DNA of 64,000 bases from Yuukianura sp. NJ FZ-2021. Lineage: Eukaryota. This document shows, in pieces, positions 12,654-27,033 of the stretch (the first letter of the stretch is position 1; each line of letters begins with the position of its first letter). The notes under the pieces are model-generated. The model worked only from the letters and a program-made list of their open reading frames with translations, did not search any database and had not been told where the DNA came from. The DNA lies in assembly GCA_046563655.1 (NCBI GenBank), contig CM102290.1, positions 1,054,001-1,118,000 of the forward strand. Reading direction: 5' to 3'. Made by a program: the position numbers and the translations under genes.

Positions 12654-15600
12654 GGGGGCTACCTTTTCCTCAAGTTGTTTGTATTTACAAAATTTGAACA
12701 AAAATAGATCATTGCAATTTAGTAATCCCAAACGTTCAATAAAAATTGAAAGCACCTAGTCGATTTTTAGGAAAAAAGAAAAATTAAACCACGTACCATA
12801 CGTATGTCCAAGCGAACTAAATTATTTCATTGCATTGTAGGACAATGGAAAGTGTGGGAAGTGGTTCAAAAGTCCAATAATGAAAAATTGTGTCGCTCCA
12901 TGCCTGATGTCATCGTGTGGCGACATCCAAACTTGTTTGTTCGTAAGTTTTAAGTAGGGGAGAGTGCGTAGGAATGCTATAATCCGCCAAAAAGCTTTAT
13001 TTTGTATGACACTTTTCAAACGTGTGGGTTCCCACTTTTTGAAAATTATTACATTTCGTTTGTCAAGTTTTTTCTTCCTCTTGGAAGTATTTTCAGCGAA
13101 GGGATGCGATTTCAAGATAACATTGTAGGTTTCAAATGGGCGAAATGACCAAAAATACACTTAAATGTGGCTCCATGAACTGTGTCCAAGAATTCCAAAT
13201 AGTTCCAGTTCATTTCCATCTTGGGTAATGCTCTGATGGTCTCTGACTAATAAAAGATTTAGACAGTATTTTATGCTGGAAGGGGAAAGACACATAGCCA
13301 TTGATTTGTGATTTTCAATTCATATGCCCACTGTTGATCTCTCACTGCTTCGTCATTTGGATTTCCGACTGCTTGACTTTGGTATTATTTGGCCCTATGT
13401 TAATTTCCAATTAATAGTGTTATAAACTTATGCTAATAAACCAGTTGAGGTGCCCATGAGCATTTACATCGGTGTCACTTTAAGAAGAGTAAGAGATCAT
13501 TGATCCAGGCTTCGGTTTTGAAGTACCTCTCATCATCGTCTCGTCGAGACAGTGACAAATGGGTTTAAAACCAAGACGAGTTTTAATTGACCAATGTGAT
13601 ACCGAATGTTTGATGTTAGGTTAACATAACTAGATGATGAAACGTGTTGTGTCATGACCCTGGTTTCAGTGGGTGTCAAGTCCAAAAGAGGCTGCGCATG
13701 AGCTGCATCAACCAGGAGACTGGATCCTCCATTCATATTTACAATGGAATCACCTTGTCAATTAATAATGCTTTATAGAATGCCCCAAAAAGGCCACTTT
13801 AAAGGATTTCCGAAATCGTGGGGCTTTCATTTTCATCTCGCACAAAAACTATGCTGGCTTAAAATTTGAAAGACGTTAACGTTTTAAACAATTTATTAAA
13901 AAAAAGACTGAGCCAAACGCATAATTATTTTGAAAATGGACTGCTTCATACGTAATCACGCTATTTTGAAACTTTATTGAAACCTTATTTTGGATTACAA
14001 TTTCAATAATTTTCTCATACTGGCCACTTTCCATGTTACTAAGGATAAATGAAACTATTACAAAGATAGAACTGTGTGTTTTTCAATGTGAACGTAGACT
14101 GTATTTCGAAATTGACACCAAATTTACCTTCATTTCAGGAGCAACCGGAATCCATATGAAACAAACAGTTGTTTCTAAATTTGGCTACTTAAAGGTTTTG
14201 AAAGGAAATGTTATTCCGACTCTACTTTCATATTGGGAATTGAAGGTAGCCAATTTTCAATTAATCTAATGTCCACGGCTGTACGTTTTTTTTGTTTCAA
14301 ATATTTGAATGAACTTCGTGTTTTTAAAGTAGCTTGCTAATTCTTTAACGACCGGAAGTTTCTGAGTTGAAGAACTTTTATTCATTGGAGTAAACCCACG
14401 ACGTTCTTGTAGAAACAACGCTACGCTGATGACGCGGAAGAGAAAGCAAAGATTCTCAAAAAAGACGAAAGCATAATTCCGTCAAAACCAAACATTTCAA
14501 GTATTTCGCCAGAAATGAAATTTTTTTAAAATCAGGCTTTTGTTACGTTGTGGGCGCTACAATAACTGCACTTCAGAGTACAATTATTTTGGATACTTTG
14601 AAAAAGTAACTGGACGTAGGTGGAAAAATGAGTATGTAACAACCAGCATTCACGCTACAAATATAATTGACAACCTTACAGCCTATGTTAATGCTTGACA
14701 ACCGTTGAAGAGCATGACACAAATGTGTTTTGAATGGGAAGATTAGGTTAACTAACTTAATAAATAATCACATTATTATAAAATTAATGTGAATTTTACT
14801 TGATGTGACGTTTGGCTTGACCTCTGCATCTGCCAATGAATTAAGTTCGATTTGTAAATTGGAATTTGTCATATTCAGTCCCGTAACTGCTAACTTGGCG
14901 AAAAATACTCCAAAAGTTTTTCATCATTTGATCATGGACAACAGGTAGGTGAGTCATATGAGGTTGAGGTGCTATTATGACACGCATTTTCTTGTAACCT
15001 CCATACGAATCGTGTGGCGATGGTTAGGTTAGGTGACTGACTAGACTACTGGCTGCTCCATCCACAAAAACTGGAACAATGGGAAAAGGATCCACAGAAT
15101 CAGGACTTAAGTTGGGGAAGACCATGCACGTCTTTTGAGTAATTAACAGCTCTGTTCAACAAGCATAGGTCCTTGAGCAACTGTCAGCAAACAGCCTCCT
15201 ACTGATCAGTTCCAGCTGAAATTAATTGGAATTGACGAAATTTTAGAGCTGCAACGCAAGCCAGTTAGCGAAGTAGCCGGATGTAAAGGTTCCAGGAAAA
15301 AATAACTTTTTTTTAAAACTGGCAACAAAAAACTTGTTTCGTCTTAGGTCAGTGTCAGTGTTTGTAAGAACACGCCCCAAACCATTTCAATTACCTCTTC
15401 ACATTCATATAGACTTGCCACAATTACTTTTCCAACTAAACACTCTTCTGTAAGTGCTTGTACAATTACATGTTTGACTCATCTAAAAAACTAAATGCTT
15501 TTACCTAAGTTTTTTAAATGGATTGTATGACCCGGCAATAGATTTTGAATAAATTCAACCCAATTGTTATAGATCCATCCGTGCTAAGTACTTTTTGATT

Positions 15601-16708
15601 GCTGACATTTAGCTTTACTTTATACAGTTACTCGGGAGAAAAGTTGTACATTGTACCGTATTGTACATTTACCAATTTATCTAAAAAAAAATAGGAAACG
15701 CTACATTTCAGACTAATTTATTTTGAATTCTTTCAATCCTTGGCCGAAGCAACTTTAAAAAAATCCGACAATTTTAGATTTTGATGTATTGTCCAAAGGG
15801 TGTTCACCTTTTCTATTAGTAGTATTGACATTAGAGTAAAAAATATGAAATACAAAAAATAAAAATACAATTCTCACACACTCTCCGCTTACAATTGATT
15901 ATTGTAAGCCGCTTTAATTCAAAGTTCCCTTAATCTAATCACTGGACATTTGTCAACTTGAAGTCATTCCTATTTCCGAACGCTGCTAATCTCAGGAAAA
16001 GATGACCCACTACATAGCTTAATTCGGAGCATCATAATCCAAAATTCCACTGGTCACTTGTCATCTTTGGTTAGTTTTGCAGTAGGTCTTAGCAATGTTC
16101 AAAAATGTTTGTTTAAAGGAATCAGAAATAAATTGAATGTTTCAAATAAAAATAAACTTACAACGAAGATTTCTTCCAGAAACAAACATGTTTACGTTTA
16201 AAATGAAAGTTTTAAAGAATTAAGTTTTTGTTGATGTGTTAATTGGTTCACTGGTTAGTTAATATTTTTGGAGGCAGTGGTCTGTTTGGACGGTAGCTGA
16301 TGATGATAAGTGTTTTGTGTTGTCAGTGGGAGACAGAATTTGCAATTTGACTTGCTCAATCGTTGGGTGCACATGATGCGATTGGCATGGGGATTTTGCC
16401 ATGTCCAATGGCTACAAATAGGCGAGCAGCGACCGGGGATCAGAAACAGTCAACGTTTGGGCGTCCCAACGTGCGCATTACCTCTTTCCACGACCATGTT
16501 TCTATTGTTCCAAACATAATATAATAACAACATAAACCCAGAACAACCTACACCTCATGGATCAGTGGTACACTCAACAGGTGAAAGTTCCCACACAAAG
16601 TGAAAGTTAATACAACTGTCTCAACTTCCTCTGTGGCAAAAGGACGCCTATTTAGAATTGAACAAAAAAAAATTCTCACTACTAAATTTTTTTGAAATTT
16701 GCCGCAAA

Positions 16709-19700
16709 ATGGCCGTATTCCTGCTCAGATTGAGTCGAGGAGCGGTATGGACGGTTTTAGTACTGTTTCTATTTGTGTCCAGTTCAACTGGAAGGCCATC
16801 GACAGAAAACAATGAGGATCCAGAGGAGTCGGAATTGTCCAGAGTCAAAGTAGCCATTTTAAATGAGCTTGGACTTCATCTCAGTCTTGAACAAGCCGAG
16901 CACATGGACAGACTTCCAATGGTTAGTTAAAAATTATTAACATAAATTCAAAATTATTCTAATTTTAAAATAAAAATTACGTTTAAAAAAAAAGTCAATT
17001 TGGACCCAGTTTGCAAAACAAAAAATTCAAAAACGTTTTGCGGGAGTATAGCGCAAAAAAGTATGTAAACAGATAAAGCTTGGGTGACAATAAGCTTCTT
17101 TGATGTAGTTCTGGTTTAACAATGCAATTTCACCTACACTGTACTGTAATGGGATATTTTGAAAACAAATTTTTTACAAAGAGAAAAAAGAAAATTGCTG
17201 AATTTGACGTAAATCAAAGCATTACCAAGGATAGAGTCGCCTTTGTTCATAACATATTTTCATAACAATTACAAAGATCAAGTTGAACAGTATTTTTGTA
17301 GGTCAAATGTTAAGAATGTTCCCAAAAAAAAAAAATAAAGCCAATACGTAAACTTCCTTCACGCGTGGCAAGGTAGTCAACACTTTTCATCAAACATTTT
17401 TTTTTTGAAAAGCAAAAGGAAAAGTTCCATTAACCTTGTTTCCAAAAAAATCTAAACAGAGAAAAAAGCACGGATTCATGATTTTTTGGCACTTGAATCA
17501 CCAACATTTCGCAACTTGCGGAAGACATTTTTTCATCATAGTTTTCCTTCAGAAATCAAGAATCCCAGAGCAGCTAATTAGAAAAGACTTAATTTGATTA
17601 ATTAGTCACATTGCGGTTCTTTACCTGAGCAACAAGCACCTTTTCAGCACTTTACCTTCACTTTGTTCACGAAACCTCTATTGTTATTTTTCTATTGTTT
17701 TAACTTTATTAAGGTTTCCTACTAGTACATTTCTTGCACTTTTTTTTTCTTGAGCACCTTGTCACTTAAACAGTAATTTCACGCATTTATTTGCAATGTG
17801 AGTGTGACTCACGAGCTGACTTCCCAGAGTTTAAAGTTTCATTGACAAAAAACGGGGAAATACCAACACACACGTTTTCCGCTTACTTCCCTCTGCACAT
17901 CATCGACGTATTTGCACATAGTATTCAGCATGACAATTGATTAGGACGATGACGGATTCATTTCGCCGAAATATGCACACACAAAAAGTTCATCAGATAC
18001 GTGTAAATTGGAAGGTAGGTGTTAATTCCCGTGCTGGAAATTTGTACGAGTACTTGTATATTTTCGAAATTCCAGGTATGGCATCATCATATTATTACGG
18101 GAAAAAGTTCTAAATTTAAAGTTATACATCAAAACAAAAAACTTTTGATGAACGTTTACAACTTGCCAAAACGGACACGGTGAGGTGTTAAAAAATCATT
18201 TTGAACTTTTGCCGTATTTTTTTTTCTCTATGTTGGTGAACTCAAGGAGAAACTAGTGGAGAAAGTTAAAGTTTGGGAAGTGCGGAAAGGGATGATCTCG
18301 TGTGCCAAAAATGACCAAAGCCTTGACTGCCTACGCAAAAGAACCTAGTGAAAAAGTAATTTGTTCATTGAGTAAAATTGTAGTTGAACTTACCAATAGT
18401 TAATAATAACTTGTTCATTGGACATTTTTAGGCTCCCGTCTACTATTTTGAATCTAAAAATAGGAGATCACAAACCCAAATTTGAGAATGTTTCTTGAAA
18501 TAGACAAATACAAAGTGTATATAGAACAGGAAGGAATTTTTCTGGAGCCATTTCCTTCCCATAACTCACACCGTTGTTCGTTCTATTTTGGATAGTTTAA
18601 AAACTTATAACTTTTTGGAAGATTTTTCTATTGATGTTTGTTGGATTTTGAACAAGTTCATTTTCAAAAAAAAATTACTAGGACATAAATCAAGACAAAA
18701 ATTATTGGCAGTAGAGCAGTGTTTCAGTTTCAGGAATTTTTGAAAGTGAATGGAAGACCGTGTGTTACTGAACAAATAACTTAGTGGGGGGATGATGATG
18801 GCATAATTTGAAATGCTCAGTCGTAACTAACTTGTCAAAAATTCAAAAGTTCCCACGCATTCCAGGGATTCTGGGAGATCCATTTGTTTATATGGAGGCG
18901 GCGGGAGAAAGGTCTGTTTTCAAAATATGAAAGCGCTTCTGGATTTGAGTTTTTAGTAGGGTAGGTGGGTAGTTTCGACGTTAAAATTAACCAAAATAGT
19001 TGGCTACTCATTCCTCACCTTTGGTTTTTGGAGTAGTCGTTGTAGTAATAGTAGTGGCTACATCGTTTAAATTTCCATTTACAAAATGTGCAGAAGTTAC
19101 ACATGCCCAACATGCATAAAAACTAACATTGTGTGATACAAGAAAAAGAAAGTGGGAAGATTTAAAAGCGTTCGAATTGGAAACTCCGTTTCCCAAATTC
19201 CCAAAAGTATCGGATTTTTCCAGTTTTTTAAAGTGTACTAACATCAGAAAACCAAAATGAACTGGCTAGTTAAATTTGGTGTTTAAATTTTCCACCCAAA
19301 AGCAGTTTCACTTAATTTTTGGTTCTGGTGACATAGCCCTCCCGCCAAAACTGAGTTTAACTTACCCCTTGCGTCATCCCCCGTTTTAAACCTTGCCTTG
19401 GATTTTTGTGTAAATTCTGACTTGATTTAATAACTATAAACATAAAATATATTCAAATAATTGGACTATACTTCAGATTCTTTTGTATATAACTGTTTTT
19501 CTTAATTTAAACAAAAATCGAAAATTAGAACAGACATGTGCCGAAATTTGGAACATGACACTGTCGCCTCAAACTGTCCTATTCAATCGTCTACAAACAT
19601 CCAATAAGCAGTAGGTGTTTGAGAAATGACCGGAATGTTACTTTTTTTTAATTCTGGCGCCTCGAACCGTAACTCTGCCCAGTTCTTACCGTGTGACTCT

Positions 19701-22700
19701 TTTCAACTACCCTCACGAGTTAATTTTTTTTCTTCAAAAAATAGAAACCAAAAGAAAAGTTTTTTTTTTCAAATTCCAAAATAGTATGTCTGTTGTTCAA
19801 CGAAAAAAGTCTTAAAGAGAAGAAAAGAAATCAACAAGTTTATAATAACTTCACTTTGAAAAGTGAAAAGGAAGTGAAAATGAAGGAGCTTATTTAAATA
19901 ACTTTGACGATTTTTGAGCTCTTGCGTCTCTTGCATCTAGAGCTTCCTGATACATTAGGAAAAGGAAAGTTAAGTACTTTAACTAAGTTATGCACGTTAA
20001 TTACTTAAGTAATTGCGTTGAGCAATTAAGTTCATTTAAATTAAATTTTCAAATGTCCGGATTTCTCCTGCTGTGACAAAACTGGAATAGAGACACGGAT
20101 GTGAACTTTTGTCTTGAATCTGGATTTCCACAGACAGAAAAAAAACTGCTAGGCTTTTAGTCATTGAGCATGCGCAAAGGTATTGATAAACAAAACCCGG
20201 ACGTACAGACAAGTTGTGATCCATTTTTTATGGGTGCCTAGGAGGTTGGTTTTAAATACCGGTTTCTTGAAAAAGTTCTTACACAAGTCTAACTTCTTCC
20301 ATCGTTTCATTAAAATATAGAAAAAAAAATTACGAATTTGGGAAATTCCCATCCCGTTGGCAATTTTTTGCAAAAAAAAAAAGAAGTACGGTAGAGTAAT
20401 TAAACTTTTCTTGGAAATGGAAAAAACTAACTTAAAGACAAAGTGATTTGTTATAGACTCCACTGCTTACTCTTCTACACGACGTTAAGCATCTTTTAGG
20501 ACAAACGGCAATTCGCACAAACTGATCTTCATATTTTTCCACGTAATGTCAAACCAGCACAGTCCAAGTCGCACGGACACAATATTCTATTTGTATTTTA
20601 CCTTTTGCTTCAGGGAGACATGGAAAATTTAAATCAGCACAAAAACAAATTTGAAAAAAAAAGCATTTTGACTTTAATGTAATTTTTTCAATAGAAATTG
20701 TCCTACTTTTCAATTTACGTGTTAAGCAATATGCCAGTCCAACTATTAAAAATCCGTGACAATTTGACATTCCAAACTTAATGTTGACCTGGAAGGTGAC
20801 AAATAATTGCATCTTGCACTTCCATTTTTATAGCAACTGAAATTGTTGATTTTGAAATCACTTTCAGTTCAAATTAATTTTGTCTAAAAGTGGACACAAC
20901 GTTAAGGTCTCCTTTTTGTTGCAAAAGTGTTGAGGGAAAAGGAATGACATTAAAACAAACAAGGGTCCATCATGTTCAAATGTACAGAACAGAGATTTTT
21001 ATCACTTACGGCTTGGACGATCATAAAATAACAAAAGAAATTGTACTTCCAAATACTTGCGGACGAGTTCAGAGGTGCTTGACGCATTTGGATCCAAGCG
21101 AGAGGTTAATATGCTTGAGAAAGTTTAGTTAAAGACTTGCTAAATAAAATTCCCCATTTATTACAACACTAGAGGAATGGAATTGTCTTCATCTTTCAAG
21201 GATCAAGTCTACCTCTGGCATCTAACCAATGACTTTAGAACAGTCCTTGTCAAGGTGTTTTAGTGGCTATTCGCTAAACTCATAAGTCATTCAACGGTAC
21301 CGTAAATTTCCATTTTTAGACACATTGTCACTCCAGTACATTTTTCAAAGTGATAAGATGATCCGTTAAATTTTAGTAGATTTGTACTTAATCCGTATAA
21401 TTCGACCAAAGTACAATATTTTTTGTACACTTGAACTTGGCGATTGGAAGGGATGATTTAATAACTTTGGAACTTTTGACTTTTTGTTGCGAAACATACA
21501 AGTTGTTAAGTTGTATAACAATTTTAGGGCCAATGACTCTGCGGAATGTGCGCATGAGTCCTTGCGCCGCCCGTTTATGAGTTCCTGAACATTGTTCAAT
21601 TTTTCAGACTATTTTTTTGGATGCACATAAAAAAAATGGTTTCGGAATCAATATACAATTTTGCTTGCAGACCTTCCTGCGGAGAACCGACTCCAATCAA
21701 TCCTAATTTATAATTATGCGGTCCAAATTGTTTAGTGCAAAAAGCTATTCAAGTTGTGAGAAGTGCATAAGAAATTTAGCAAGTGCAAATTTGCAAACTT
21801 GTTTTTGACTTGAACTTTTTTTTTCCAAAGAAAGATAAAGTTGGAAGTCCAAAAAGCTTTTTTAATGCGCTTCCGCACTGGGACTATCGATGCGTCTTAA
21901 ACCGGGGTCAAAGCGCTTCTTGCTCTTTGATCGTTTTACTACTTTCTTTGTTGTTGTTCGTTGCTGGTAGGATTTGTACTGCCCTCCACTTGTCAATAAT
22001 TAGTTAAATTGTTGGGAAATTAACACTCCATTTTCACTTAATTTTGTTTTCTTTTTTTCTAGTCTAATATCAGTCAGGCAGAGTACAGGAGAGCTTATGG
22101 TGAGTACATGCGACGCGTTCAGATGAGGAATCTCGAAGAACGAGCCCTCGTCGAGTACGGACACAAAAGTAGAAGGCGAAATGCGAAACGGATCGTGCAA
22201 ATCTTCAATCCAGGTAATTGACACTTGATTAATTGCCGAGATAAGTATTTGTACAATCTTTCGACAAAAAATGCACAAACTTTGAAACCAAACAGCACCA
22301 CTAATTTTCGAAAGGACAACTTCTTTGGTCGGTTTGTTTCAGATGATTCCAAACTTTTAAAATCTTCTTGAAGTTTGAATAATAAGTTTTTGAGAAAATT
22401 TGAAACGTAGTTAGGTACACTTTGGTCATAAAATCAATTAAGTTTTAAGTTGAAAGAGTCAACTGTCAAGATGAGCATGTTCCAAAAATCAACCTTGACT
22501 CGTAACTGGTGATTAACTTTAAAGGGCAGAACATCTTGAAACATGCGTGTGAAGAAATGGATTCGCCATTTTGGAGGTTGAGTTTTCTCCAGACACCTAA
22601 TTGCTGAAAATTGGCACATTTTGCAAAAACTGATCGTCAACAGCACAACTAGAAGGATGACGCAAGACAATCCTAATCTTACACTTAATTAAAACAAATC

Positions 22701-25700
22701 AGCACAATCCGGATTACTTGACTATCTTAGTACTAGTTTCAGATTATAAACGCAGTTTCAAATTCGCATCATTTTCCCACTGTTTTTGTCATTAAACATA
22801 ATTCCCCTAAGGACCAACTTTGGAAATTTTGAAAGGAATGTCGTCATATGGATTTAGGGGGATTTAGGCGTGATTTTTTGAGTATTTTTTTTTCATCACT
22901 TTGAAAAGTCTTTTACGCTTAGACTTTGGGTTCTAACAATTTGTTGCTTTCGTAGAAGTGTTTAGAATCGTATTAAAGTGGACTTGTTTGGACAGTTGAA
23001 AGCCTTCATCCAAAAGGTCGGAATATTAGATCTCGAAGTTTGCTCTTTTTTGGCATTAGTTTCTAGCGTTCTATCATCCTTCACCTTTGACCCATTTTGG
23101 CACATGAATTCGATAACCTCAAAAAAGATTCATTTGCGCCTTGACAGACTTGTATTGTGAAGCCCAATGAGGCTCCCATTTTTCTTAAAAATTCAAACTA
23201 AAGTGATGAGCATTGGAGCAAATTCAATGAAACTAATCAACCCATCAGCAGTGTTTTAAGATCAGCGTTAACCAGAGTGTTGAAGTTTAGAAATCAGATT
23301 GTTGAGAGACAAGCAAATAATTCAATAGTTGGGACAGTGCTGACATTGGTGTCTGATTTGACGAAATGATGGAAAATCCGGACTGTATCAAATTCTGCTT
23401 AGAGTTCATCTCTGTGCACGCCTGACAGAAACCAACTGAACCCTGAAACCAATTTCATCAAGTCTCATTCACAAATTATGTAAAAATGAACTGAACTGGC
23501 GCACATTCAGAAAATGAAATAGAGTGACATTTGAAAAAAAAATGAAGTGAGTGACACTTTTAGTCACGCACTGATTCGCAGATCACAAAGGACGCCGTGC
23601 TGGACAACCATGCATTAGGTTTTACTTAAAAAACCAGTTAGAAATCTTTCCTCTGATGTTTTTTCAAAGATTCAAGTGGAAATTTTACTTTAAACTTTCC
23701 AGTACGCCTCGTGAATGTCTGATAGTGTGGAAAACTGCTAACTATGAACCTAATATATTATGTCATTTAAAAAAGTTGGTCAAGTTATGTTAAATTAAAT
23801 GCATGGTCCATCAGCTAGTGATGATGATGATGAGGAGGAGGAGACTTAAGATTATTAGGAGACTCGGAAGAACTGGCAATGCGACTCTACAAGGAATGAA
23901 TGGGAACGGCGGCATCCGTAATCAATGGTTTAGAAACTATAATATCAAAATTTTAAACTTAAAAAAATGTAACTTCAAGCTTAAGGCCGCCATGTGCCAA
24001 ACTGTTTGGTTCAAATGCCTTCACTGTGTACGCGTTCCACCAATATGGTGTCGAGGTAGGTCATCTCTATGGAACGTACATACACGTTTAGTTCATTTGA
24101 AGCATGACCAAGTCAAATCCAGCCGCCAGTATGCTGGTTGAGGAATAAAACTATGAAGTGAATGCCCTTTATCAATTGTAACGTTAAAGTGGCTGTCGAA
24201 TTTACTAATCGTAAGAAAGGCGGCTCACATCAATTTGTTTAAACTCAAACTTTGAGTCTCAAAGTTAGAAAGAAAAACTTGATTTGGATTTTCAACGTCA
24301 AAAAAATCGCTCTGTGCTGTGAGCGTCACTTTGGAAAAATTTTGGAGGAAGAATTGAATATCAAAATGGAAATCAAGAGATTAAGTACGTCATTGACTAA
24401 AAATTAAACAGTTGGATTACAAAAGCCTTTGAAGAACGTCGAGTCAAGAGGAGGGTTTCCCCGGCCGTCGACGTTTTTTTGTTGTTTGACAAATGGAATT
24501 GGTGTGCAGCATACACAAGGATGTGTGCATAAAGTTTTTATTAGGGATGTGTATACACATAGCATGTGATGTTCATAGGTAAATAATTAATTGGATACTG
24601 GTATGAATGGTAGCAAAAAAAAAGTTCTGAAGTGAATTGAACAGGTCACACGCATTTTTGAAGTGAAACAAAAAACTGGCAAACGTATGGAGATTGCATA
24701 TGTCTTGGGCAGGGAGGAGGCATCAATTGTTCCAAGGTGTGAACGTCATCCTCAAAACTTGAAGAGGGAAAGTACAGAAAAAAAAATCAAATAAGTTTGG
24801 AAAAGTTCGATTGATGCTTCGATGCAAAGTGACGTTAAGAATAACCCTGGATTTTCCCTAATTGGTTTTAATTGGAGCACATTGTGCAAAAAATTTTAAG
24901 CCGTTTTTGAAAATTTTCGGAATTGGTCGTATCTAATTCAGCTCCGTAATCCTGGCTTTTAGCAATAATGGAACTCAGAAGTCTAAATCCATTGTTCTCC
25001 GAATTTCTTTTTTAAGACCAAAAGGTTAGACCTAACCTAATGAAATAATACTCCTTCGGGTAGGTTTTGAACTGGACAAGCCCGACGCCTTCTGATTGGC
25101 AACCTAAAATAAGAAACAAAATTATCTTTTAGATACTTGATCTTTTTTCAGAAAGTGGAAACGAATTATTGGGTTCTAAGTTTGTGCAGTAGTTGAGTGC
25201 GTCTATTCTGCAAGGGAAGGTCAAAAGGAAATCCGAAACACAAGCATTCTTTCGTAACGTTCCTAATGAAACTTTCTCTTTGTTCATAGGAAGCGTTCAC
25301 ACCTACGACAATGTTGAAACTCGACTCGACTTCAACGTCAACTTGAACCTGGAAAGAAGATCTCATCTGCGCGTTTGGAAAGCCTTCATTAAGTTACCGC
25401 ATGGATGCTACTATTTTGATCTCGAAAGGAATGAGACGCTAAGGGGACATGTAGACTTGACGGACAAGTTCACTTCGTGGGTAATGTCACCGGACAGGTC
25501 AGAGTCGGAGGCTGCCCTGGAGCCCTTTGGTCTCACTGTCTACTGCTCTCCTCAGCGGGACGATGGGCAAGGGGTCATTGACCTCTTCATTAGAAAACAA
25601 GATCTTCTGCTGACCACACTCAAGGTCTTCTCGTCACAAGTCTCTGACACGGCGCTCGTCACTCACCAGAACACAAGACTTCGGAAAAGGCGCTCCTACA

Positions 25701-26080
25701 ATCTCAATCACTACGAAGGGCATTCGCCCACAAAAAGTCGGGACTGTGACAAAACACGACACGGAAAAACCTGTTGTCGTCGTTCCATGAAAATCAACTT
25801 TGAAGACTTGAATATTCAGGATTTGATTCTGGAGCCAAAGGAATTTGACGCTCACATGTGTAGCGGGCGGTGTAATACGCGACGTGTACCGTTTGCAACT
25901 ACGCATGCCATGCTCCAGCACACTCTACATCAAACCAAAGGAAGAACTGAAGTTCCAAGACCATGCTGTACTCCCACCAAGCTCCGCCATCTTGACGTTC
26001 TGCACACCGTCCCAGGAACAGATACACTCAAGATCACCATCTTGGCCAACGCCATTGTGGAGGAGTGCGGCTGCTCGTAG
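16709..26080 (+). CDS. mav: TGF-beta superfamily ligand, Maverick-like; exons 16709-16921, 22063-22213, 25290-26080 (384 aa)
   Basis: Signal peptide (VWTVLVLFLFVSSSTG), prodomain helix VKVAILNELGL, furin site RLRKRR, and a mature domain with 9 Cys (C, CC, CSGRC, CC, CGC). ILEPKEFDA, HAMLQ, PRPCCTPTKL..LDVLH and LKIT resemble Drosophila Maverick. Exon phases 0 and 1 join in frame. TGF-beta family is certain; orthology is inferred. Confidence 0.88.
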
Positions 26081-26894
26081 GAAACTCCGCGACTGCGCAG
26101 AAGGGAACTCCTGTCCTTATGTCTAAGAATCGTCTTGCCAATTCATGAGGAACATGACAGGGCCGGATCAAACACCACTTCAAAGTTCCTACCTCCGAAG
26201 ATGGTGCCCTGCGTTCTCTTCTGTTGGAAACTTGTTAGTCCTACAGAGCTCCAATGTACCAATATGAGTCTGAATAGTGGAATCTCTCCTTCCTCTCTGG
26301 TTCAACAAAGACTGTCCCAGTACAAGTCACCATTTCTTTTTTATGTTATTAATTTATTATGTTAGTACAGCCATACATCCTCACGTCAATCCATAATTTT
26401 ACTTTTTTAAACAGTTACACTCTACCCCTTTTGCTAAAATCAAATTCAGAAGTTAGGAACACTGCCAGAAGGTAACCAAACTAAAGTTAAACCTAACATT
26501 CAAAAGGGAAATAGAAGTTGAGTAACGCTAACAATTAATTTCTAAAAGTAAAAACAAATGGATTGCAAAGGCAACTTACAAAAATGATGAGTTTGACCTT
26601 TTCGGTTTCCAATTTCTTTTATTTCCTAAGCAAGGAATCTGGAGACTCAAAGGTTGCGAAAACGTCATGTCTAGTCAAACCAAAGGATCCTAATGTTTCT
26701 CAAGTTTATAAATGTACTTAAGACTAAATTTGACGTTAAGGTTAAACTTGAAGTGTTAATCCAACATTTCATAAGGTACAATTAAGAAAATACTTTTCAA
26801 TTGGCAAAGCGTCAACATCCATTCTTTTGGTGGATATTGGCATTTTTGATATTTGAGTGACCCAATTGACAACGGACTTGGTAGGGAAAAAGAC

Positions 26895-27033
26895 ATGGCA
26901 CAAAGCCCTATCTAAATCATCGTTGGCTGCTATTTAAATTAAATTTTTTACCAGCTATATGGCCAATATTGCGATCATTTTTGCAAATTTTCACCCCTAC
27001 GTTTATGTTATGATACGATTTTGTGCCATGCCC
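26895..27033. repeat. Small inverted-repeat element (CATGGCACAAA ... TTTGTGCCATG), possible MITE relic downstream of mav
   Basis: 11-bp perfect inverted repeat ~115 bp apart. Confidence 0.3.

Noticed and set aside
13140..13740. Degraded coding sequence on the minus strand
   Set aside because: Only a 67-aa ORF with no recognisable motif and frequent stops around it.
23803..24141. Extra mav exon or separate ORF (MMMMRRRR)
   Set aside because: It derives from GAT/GAG microsatellite-like runs; the phase-compatible frame stops quickly and the mav model is complete without it.
25152..25289. In-frame TAG at 25190 as readthrough or pseudogenisation of mav
   Set aside because: A better acceptor (branch-like CCTAAT, pyrimidine tract, TAG at 25289) joins exon 2 in frame and skips the stop.
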